Shown one piece after another: positions 58,177 through 64,000 of a stretch of DNA of 64,000 nt. The stretch comes from an uncultured Gammaproteobacteria bacterium (GTDB lineage Bacteria > Patescibacteriota > Microgenomatia > Levybacterales > GWA1-39-11): the NCBI GenBank assembly GCA_964448725.1, contig CAYVAJ010000005.1, forward strand, positions 2,137 to 66,136. Direction: 5' to 3'. The translations under genes were made by a program, and so were the position numbers. Position 1 is the first letter of the stretch; the number at the start of each line of letters is the position of its first letter. The notes under the pieces were generated by a model that did not search any database, was not told the DNA's origin, and saw only the letters and a list, made by a program, of their open reading frames with translations.

Positions 58177-58938
58177 ATGAAAAAGTTGCTCCTTGTCTTC
58201 TTGATCAGTATATTGTCTATCGGAGCTGCTGTTATATTCTATTTACAATCACTCAACCAGATCATCACTCCCCAACCACAAAAAACTCCTAACACAATAT
58301 TTCCTAATATTGTTGAGCGATTTCCTGAATTACTTGAGTGGAAACGGCCAGATGGCCCACCAAAAGTTGCGCTACAAGTTGGCCACTGGAGGAATGATCA
58401 AGTACCTGAAGAATTGGATAGAATCAGAAATAATACTGGTGCTTCATGGGGAAATATCTCTGAGTGGGAGGTTAATTATGAGATAGCTACTCGAGCTGAA
58501 AAGATTCTTGAACAAGAAGGTATACAAGTAGAACTATTGCCTGCAACAATTCCCCCCTCATACTGGGCAGATGCATTTGTAGCAATTCATGCAGATGGTA
58601 ATACCGATACAAACAAGTCAGGCTTTAAAGTTGCTGCACCACGCCGCGACTATTCTGGAAAATCAAATATGCTTGCGTCATATATTGAAAAAGAATACAA
58701 AGCAGTAACTGATATGAAAATTGATCCTATCATTACCCGTAATATGACCGGTTACTATGCATTCTCTTGGTGGCGATTTGATCATGCAATACACCCAATG
58801 ACTGCTGGAATAATTTTAGAAACAGGATTTCTAACTAGTTTCACTGATAGATTAACTATTCTTGATAACCCTGATGCTTCAGCACAAGGTCTTGCATCGG
58901 GGATTATTGAATATTTGAAAGCTGAAAAATTAATTTAA
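58177..58938 (+). CDS. N-acetylmuramoyl-L-alanine amidase (Amidase_3)
   Basis: QVGH, SEWEVN, AIHAD and ILETGF zinc/catalytic motifs. Confidence 0.88.
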   Translation: MKKLLLVFLISILSIGAAVIFYLQSLNQIITPQPQKTPNTIFPNIVERFPELLEWKRPDGPPKVALQVGHWRNDQVPEELDRIRNNTGASWGNISEWEVNYEIATRAEKILEQEGIQVELLPATIPPSYWADAFVAIHADGNTDTNKSGFKVAAPRRDYSGKSNMLASYIEKEYKAVTDMKIDPIITRNMTGYYAFSWWRFDHAIHPMTAGIILETGFLTSFTDRLTILDNPDASAQGLASGIIEYLKAEKLI

Positions 58939-60128
58939 GGATCAGAAGAAGAAACCACGTCTTCATAGTAGTCATACGCTGCACCTTTTATCGCATTGAC
59001 TTCAGAATCTAAATCATTCCATTTTCGAATAGCAAAATCAATTGCTTTATCATTACCGCGCATATATCCCCAGCGAAATCCGTCTGGACCTGGCGCAACT
59101 CTCTCATGACATGCCACAAAAGTCCATGCCATTTTAATTGATTGGAGCGGATCAAAGATATTCCCATCTTCACCAGCTTCTTTAAATAAATTGTAATAAT
59201 CGAGCGCACGGCCTGGCATAAATTGAATACCAATTGCACCACCACTTTCATTAACCGTAAAATCGACAACATCAGACCCCGGAACATTATTTGGATCAAA
59301 GTTGAGTCCCGTGTCGTCTGATAATAACTCACAAAGCTTTGTAAGTGCAGCTGTATTATTCTGTGCTTCTGGTCCAAAAAGTTGGGTTATTGCTTTTTTA
59401 CTACCAATTGTTTTAAAACCACTCGTCTCTTCCATAATAAGCTTTGCCATTCCCCCTGGATTTATCATCAATTTTTCAGGATCAACAAGTTTTCCTTCCT
59501 CGTCAGCTCTAATTTTAGGCTGCACTTTACGGATAATAGCTTTTGCATCCTCATATGCATCAAGACACATCCCCAAAATTTCCTCATCAACACCATTTTC
59601 TGCACAAAAAGCTTTCTGTACATCTGTAAGCTGTATCATTCCCTCAGTTCCCTTTGCGCGTATTTCAGCCCGTTTTTCAAGCAAACGAATCCGTGCCCCC
59701 AACTCTGCGCACACTGATAATCCCAGATCTATATCTTTGAGAGATTGTACATTTTCAGCAAATTCCATTTCTGCCTCATTTCGCTCATATATAAATAAAT
59801 CCTGCTTCAGAATTGTATTAAGCTTTTCTATAGTCTTGATTTGGCTATCAGACTCAAATGCAGTCTGGTGAATATGTTCACTATTAGAGAGAGTATCGTC
59901 TGTGTGTTGAGTAGATGCTTCAGTATACTGGGGTGATGTTTGATCAACGATCTTTAATGGAGGCACAGTATCAGGAGCCGAGGATACTTTTTTTTCTTCT
60001 CTCCCAAATCCTAACCGACTTGCAGCAACTGCGAATACTCCTGCAGCAAGAGTTTTATTAAATACCCGTCTGGTTACAGGTTTTTGAAGAAGATCAGGAT
60101 TACCTTCGTTTTCACCAAATTCAGACAT
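58935..60128 (-). CDS. Twin-arginine-like protein with lytic-transglycosylase-like C-terminal domain
   Basis: TRRVFNK plus hydrophobic stretch; EETS, GAIGIQFMP, FDP and AIRKWN. Confidence 0.6.
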   Translation of the reverse strand: MSEFGENEGNPDLLQKPVTRRVFNKTLAAGVFAVAASRLGFGREEKKVSSAPDTVPPLKIVDQTSPQYTEASTQHTDDTLSNSEHIHQTAFESDSQIKTIEKLNTILKQDLFIYERNEAEMEFAENVQSLKDIDLGLSVCAELGARIRLLEKRAEIRAKGTEGMIQLTDVQKAFCAENGVDEEILGMCLDAYEDAKAIIRKVQPKIRADEEGKLVDPEKLMINPGGMAKLIMEETSGFKTIGSKKAITQLFGPEAQNNTAALTKLCELLSDDTGLNFDPNNVPGSDVVDFTVNESGGAIGIQFMPGRALDYYNLFKEAGEDGNIFDPLQSIKMAWTFVACHERVAPGPDGFRWGYMRGNDKAIDFAIRKWNDLDSEVNAIKGAAYDYYEDVVSSSDP

Positions 60129-60190
60129 GTCTTAATACTACCAAAATTGAGCACAAGTTCAAAGAGAAATAGTAAATAAGAGAGAGATTT

Positions 60191-60523
60191 TTATTCAGTA
60201 CCATTGAGAAGTTTTGTATTATGCGTGCGTCCCCATTTATGCATCATATCGAGTATTGTCTGTACTGATTTACCATACTCGGTTAATGAATACTCCACTT
60301 TTGGAGGGACCACCGGATACACATTGCGCGCAACAAGACCATCTCTCTCAAGTTCACGCAATTGCTGACTCAACATTTTTTGAGTAACACCATCAATACT
60401 CTTATACAGTTCATTAAACCGCATTACCCTATCATCCAACAACCACAGTATGAGTGGCTTCCATTTTCCGCCTATTACCTTAAGTGTTGTTTTTACTGTC
60501 GTACATTCCGAATGAATATTCAT
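60191..60523 (-). CDS. HxlR-family transcriptional regulator
   Basis: [22 protein letters not shown] and PPKVEYSLT. Confidence 0.95.
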   Translation of the reverse strand: MNIHSECTTVKTTLKVIGGKWKPLILWLLDDRVMRFNELYKSIDGVTQKMLSQQLRELERDGLVARNVYPVVPPKVEYSLTEYGKSVQTILDMMHKWGRTHNTKLLNGTE

Positions 60524-60641
60524 GCTATCATTTATGTTTGTATGGCACTTTTAGGTACATACTTGCTTATATTATAGTTCCATTATAAAGTATAGTTACA
60601 AATTTAACAAACACTAGTTTTTTCTGTGTTGAAGCATAATT

Positions 60642-61250
60642 ATGGCATACGATACACTTCCTGAAAAAAATATAATTGAAAAAACAGCAGCTGCACTCAA
60701 AGAGCATAATTTTGATGTGCATATAGTTGAAACAGGCGCACAAGCAAAAGAAAAAGCACTTTCTCTTATTCCTAAAAAGGCAGAAGTTATGACTGCGACA
60801 TCAGTTACTCTTGATACGATTGGACTCACTGATATATTAAATGAATCCGGAGACTATAATTCTGTGAAATCAGAACTTGCTGCTTTGGACCGAACAACCC
60901 AACACCGAGAAATGCAACGAATCGGTGCAGCACCAGAATATGTGATCGGTAGTGTTCATGCAATAACACAAGGTGGAAAAGTAATTATTGCTTCAAATAG
61001 CGGCAGTCAACTTCCTGCATACTCCTATGGCGCAGATCATGTTATCTGGGTCGTTGGTGCACAAAAAATAGCTAAAGACTTTGATGAAGCATCAAAACGT
61101 ATCTATGAACGGAGTCTTCCCCTGGAATCTAAACGAGCACAAGAAGCGTATGGGGTGGATGGAAGTTTTGTCAGTAAATTGCTGATATTTAACAAAGAGA
61201 TAAAAGGTAGAATTACTATTATTCTCGTCAATGAAGTGCTTGGATTCTAA
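60642..61250 (+). CDS. LUD domain (DUF162) protein
   Basis: GSVHAIT, ASNSGSQ and VVGAQKI. Confidence 0.85.
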   Translation: MAYDTLPEKNIIEKTAAALKEHNFDVHIVETGAQAKEKALSLIPKKAEVMTATSVTLDTIGLTDILNESGDYNSVKSELAALDRTTQHREMQRIGAAPEYVIGSVHAITQGGKVIIASNSGSQLPAYSYGADHVIWVVGAQKIAKDFDEASKRIYERSLPLESKRAQEAYGVDGSFVSKLLIFNKEIKGRITIILVNEVLGF

Positions 61251-61639
61251 TTATCTCCTGGTTGAGGATCAGGAATAGATTCTGCATACTTTATCACTTT
61301 TTTTTGAAGATCTTCTAACAAAATATCCCCTTTTACCATATATTCACTTGCACCTTCAGAGATAAATTCCTGCTTTCTTTGAGGTCCTGTATTTGTAAGT
61401 ACTATAACTGGTGTTTTCTTCAGTTGTTGATCTTTTTTTATTGTTTTAAGAATCTGTAACCCATCGACTTCTCCCAGAATATCAATATCCAATATAATGA
61501 CATCAAACCTTCCGGAATTAATTTGGCTTAAGGCAGAAATCCCATCTACAGTTTTCTCAACCTCAAGTTGATCCTTAAATAGCTGTTCTAACTCAAAACT
61601 ATATGCTGGGTCATCTTCAACAATCAATAGTTTCTTCAT
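61247..61639 (-). CDS. Single-domain response regulator
   Basis: LIVEDD, ILD, VLTN and YMVK. Confidence 0.92.
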   Translation of the reverse strand: MKKLLIVEDDPAYSFELEQLFKDQLEVEKTVDGISALSQINSGRFDVIILDIDILGEVDGLQILKTIKKDQQLKKTPVIVLTNTGPQRKQEFISEGASEYMVKGDILLEDLQKKVIKYAESIPDPQPGDN

Positions 61640-61773
61640 CTCAAGTTATAGTAACGCGCTTATATAAAAAATGCAATACTTTTTATCTGATTCTTACTAA
61701 ACTATCACAAAAAATGCATGCTTCGCTCATATGATAATACAGTATGAGCATTAGTAAAGGAGGTGAACAGACT

Positions 61774-61917
61774 ATGACATTGGGAACTATTGGACTAAAT
61801 CCACTTGTTGCTTTGTTATTTGGAATCTTAATTCTTATTTTTCCAAGATTTCTTAACTATTTTGTTGCAGCGTATTTAATAATAATCGGTATTTTAGGTC
61901 TGGGAATTTTAGGTTAA
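61774..61917 (+). CDS. DUF3096 small membrane protein (not in the ORF track)
   Basis: MTLGTIGLNPLVALLFGILILIFPRFLNYFVAAYLIIIGILGLGILG; SD AAAGGAGGTG. Confidence 0.88.
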   Translation: MTLGTIGLNPLVALLFGILILIFPRFLNYFVAAYLIIIGILGLGILG

Positions 61918-61921
61918 AACC

Positions 61922-62830
61922 TTACTGGGCATCCAATACTGCTTTAAATTCTTCATACGGATGAGCACCGAGTATGTCATCACCTATTATAAAAGTAGGA
62001 GCACCTGGTATTCCTCTTCCTTTTCCATCTTCTTTATCTTTTTCTATATAACTTATAAATTTGTTATTTTCGATGCATGACGCAAATACATCTTTATTCA
62101 GTCCCAATGCTGCCGAATATGATTTCATGAGTGCTCTTGCCTCTTCTTCATTTTTTCCGCTCCATTCACTTTGTTTTACAAATAATGCATCATGGAACGG
62201 CCAGAACTTCCCCTGATCTGCTGCACACATAGCAGCATTATGAGCAATAGGTGCAGTCTTATGCGTACTCAAAGGATAATTTTTAAATATCATTTTCACT
62301 TTACCGGTATCAATATACTCAGCTTTTAGCTGAGGCAGTGTATCTGCAATAAATGAGGCACATTTTAAACACTCAAAATCATAATAAGCAAGTATTGCAA
62401 TCTGCGCATTCGGATCACCTAATACAAAATGAACTGCTGAAAGTGAAGCAGATGGAGTAGCCGTGGCACTAGGCGTAGCAATATTTACAGGAGTTGTTGG
62501 TGTGACAGTTACAGTCGGTAAAAGAGTTGGAGTAATAGTTTCACCTGCTTGACCACCTATATTTTTTTCAATAGTCTGCTCTGTCTCTTCTGATGACTGT
62601 TCTGGTTCTACACTCTCCTGCATCATATCACTCTCATACGCTTCTGATGATTCATTCATCTGAATACGTGCTATTCGCTGCTGTTCTTCTGCCTCATTGA
62701 CTATATTCTGTCCAAAAAAATAAAAACCAGAGAACGCAAGCAAACCAAGCAGGATGGCTACCATTGCAAGTGATGTTTTATAATGTACTCGCAAAAGAAT
62801 TGATTGAAGTAATGATTTCTTTTTTTCCAT
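61922..62830 (-). CDS. Membrane-anchored DsbA/thioredoxin-fold protein
   Basis: DFECLKC, NYPL, QGKFW and GAPTF. Confidence 0.9.
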   Translation of the reverse strand: MEKKKSLLQSILLRVHYKTSLAMVAILLGLLAFSGFYFFGQNIVNEAEEQQRIARIQMNESSEAYESDMMQESVEPEQSSEETEQTIEKNIGGQAGETITPTLLPTVTVTPTTPVNIATPSATATPSASLSAVHFVLGDPNAQIAILAYYDFECLKCASFIADTLPQLKAEYIDTGKVKMIFKNYPLSTHKTAPIAHNAAMCAADQGKFWPFHDALFVKQSEWSGKNEEEARALMKSYSAALGLNKDVFASCIENNKFISYIEKDKEDGKGRGIPGAPTFIIGDDILGAHPYEEFKAVLDAQ

Positions 62831-63075
62831 AAGCGTCAAATTATAGGTTCAAATAGCTGTGTTGTCAATGAGTAACTGAATAAGTATTTCTGTTATATCT
62901 AAAATGCCAAACATGGATAACTATTGGCACCTCAATCTTACTCCTCAAATGTAAGTTTCGCAACAGAAGAGATGTAAGCATATGCCACTTATTTTGAAAT
63001 CTTCAATAAAGGCAATTACTTATTCTCAAATCAACATAATGATTTAGGTTTTGTATTAAATCCTCATAACATCTC

Positions 63076-63192
63076 TTATGCTGTAATTTGTGGAATAGGT
63101 AAAAAAAACATTACAAATAGTGCAACTAATAATAAACCTACAAGCCCTGCCACAACTAAGATTCCTTCACGTATTAAATCTTTCTCTTCCAT
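63076..63192 (-). CDS. 38-aa single-TM microprotein (not in the ORF track)
   Basis: MEEKDLIREGILVVAGLVGLLLVALFVMFFLPIPQITA. Confidence 0.55.
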   Translation of the reverse strand: MEEKDLIREGILVVAGLVGLLLVALFVMFFLPIPQITA

Positions 63193-63259
63193 AAACCACA
63201 CTTATATACACACCGCATCTGAAAGATATAAATATGAGGTAAGTATTATTTAAGAAAAG

Positions 63260-63475
63260 TTATTCGATGACAGACGAAGTGTAACCAAGCTTCTCAATAG
63301 CTTTCTGTAGTTGTTTGGTTTCTACTAATTTTTCATCAAATTCAACTATTGTTAACTGTTTAGCATAGTTTGTCGCAGCACTCTTTACTCCTTTGGTATC
63401 TTCCAATTCTCCATCAATAGAAAATGCACAACTCGTACAGTGCATGCCGTCTATTTTGAACTTTGCTTTTATCAT
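63260..63475 (-). CDS. HMA domain copper chaperone (CopZ-like)
   Basis: GMHCTSC; ATGA overlap with the upstream gene. Confidence 0.92.
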   Translation of the reverse strand: MIKAKFKIDGMHCTSCAFSIDGELEDTKGVKSAATNYAKQLTIVEFDEKLVETKQLQKAIEKLGYTSSVIE

Positions 63476-64000
63476 ATAACGTAAATCACCCCCCGATACA
63501 TACCCATACTGCACATAAATGGAATTTCCATAGGTTCATTTGGCATAGTTACCGTTAGTGAATCAGTTTGTCCAACCCGTATGATCTTTTGATAATTATA
63601 GTAGGGAATTGCAAACGCTGAGGCACAGCCATATGCGCCGTCATTTGTAAGTTTTAAGGTAACTGTAGAACCTCTTTTAACAGTAAAAGATGCAGGGGTA
63701 TATCCAGTATCAAGGATTGAAATAGTCATACTATCACGTGTTATTGTCTGGGATATGTTCACGGCTGATTTAGAAAATGGTAAACGGACTTGAATACCAG
63801 TGAGCGCAAGTGCATTATTTAAGTTAAAGAGCGCAAGTACTGCAATGACCACAGCTGCAAATCTTATAAATCGAGCGTGTAACACGCTACTTAATTTTGT
63901 AGTAAAGTAACCAAGTAAGAAAAATACGGGTGAGGTTCCTATCGTAAACGCTGCTAAAATCGTTGCGCCAAGCAAAGGATTACCTGATGCAATTGCCAGC
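63472..64000 (-). CDS. DsbD_2/TauE-like membrane protein with C-terminal cupredoxin domain (5' partial)
   Basis: FTIGTSP TM region; GYTP, GC and FMCSMGMYRG. Confidence 0.85.
   Translation of the reverse strand, partial: LAIASGNPLLGATILAAFTIGTSPVFFLLGYFTTKLSSVLHARFIRFAAVVIAVLALFNLNNALALTGIQVRLPFSKSAVNISQTITRDSMTISILDTGYTPASFTVKRGSTVTLKLTNDGAYGCASAFAIPYYNYQKIIRVGQTDSLTVTMPNEPMEIPFMCSMGMYRGVIYVI

Noticed and set aside
59302-59871. 189-aa plus-strand ORF
   Set aside because: Antisense shadow of 58935-60128 with Ser/Phe-rich composition and no recognisable motif.
62850-63070. Short ORFs upstream of the DsbA-like gene
   Set aside because: No SD, promoter spacing or motif support.
1-64000. Alternative genetic code (UGA read as Gly or Trp)
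   Set aside because: Conserved genes are full length in code 11, and TGA ends genes at ATGA overlaps (38176, 45580, 63472).
1-64000. Prophage, IS element, intron or intein, tRNA or rRNA
   Set aside because: No integrase, transposase, phage structural gene, intein motif (dnaB checked) or tRNA cloverleaf was recognised by eye.

Overview
AT-rich bacterial chromosome segment in genetic code 11. It most likely comes from a Patescibacteria/CPR organism of the Microgenomates type; this is an inference from the compact housekeeping genes, many single-pass surface proteins and leaderless-style starts. Housekeeping genes: dnaB, cysS, hisS, proS, rpsF-ssb-rpsR, rpmE-prfA, dnaX-ybaB, ybeY, rpsU, ychF. 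Accessory and stress genes: treS, a eukaryote-type hexokinase, Fic, AlkA/Ogt, MgtC, Lia-like proteins, two-component parts and a copper-handling locus at the right edge. I found no rRNA, tRNA, CRISPR array, integrase or transposase. Strongest leads: (1) an unannotated 21-aa leader peptide with a complete four-segment attenuator in front of an orphan ECF sigma factor; (2) a tightly coupled ArsR-flavin reductase-RibA-glycosyltransferase-glutaredoxin operon with no other rib genes; (3) a higher-GC island carrying a P-loop/CYTH fusion and an orphan gene bracketed by densely structured RNA; (4) dispersed inverted heptamer arrays, one of which lies in frame inside dnaX; (5) an unannotated classical C2H2 zinc-finger microprotein. 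All calls are from reading motifs by eye; no searches or folding programs were run.
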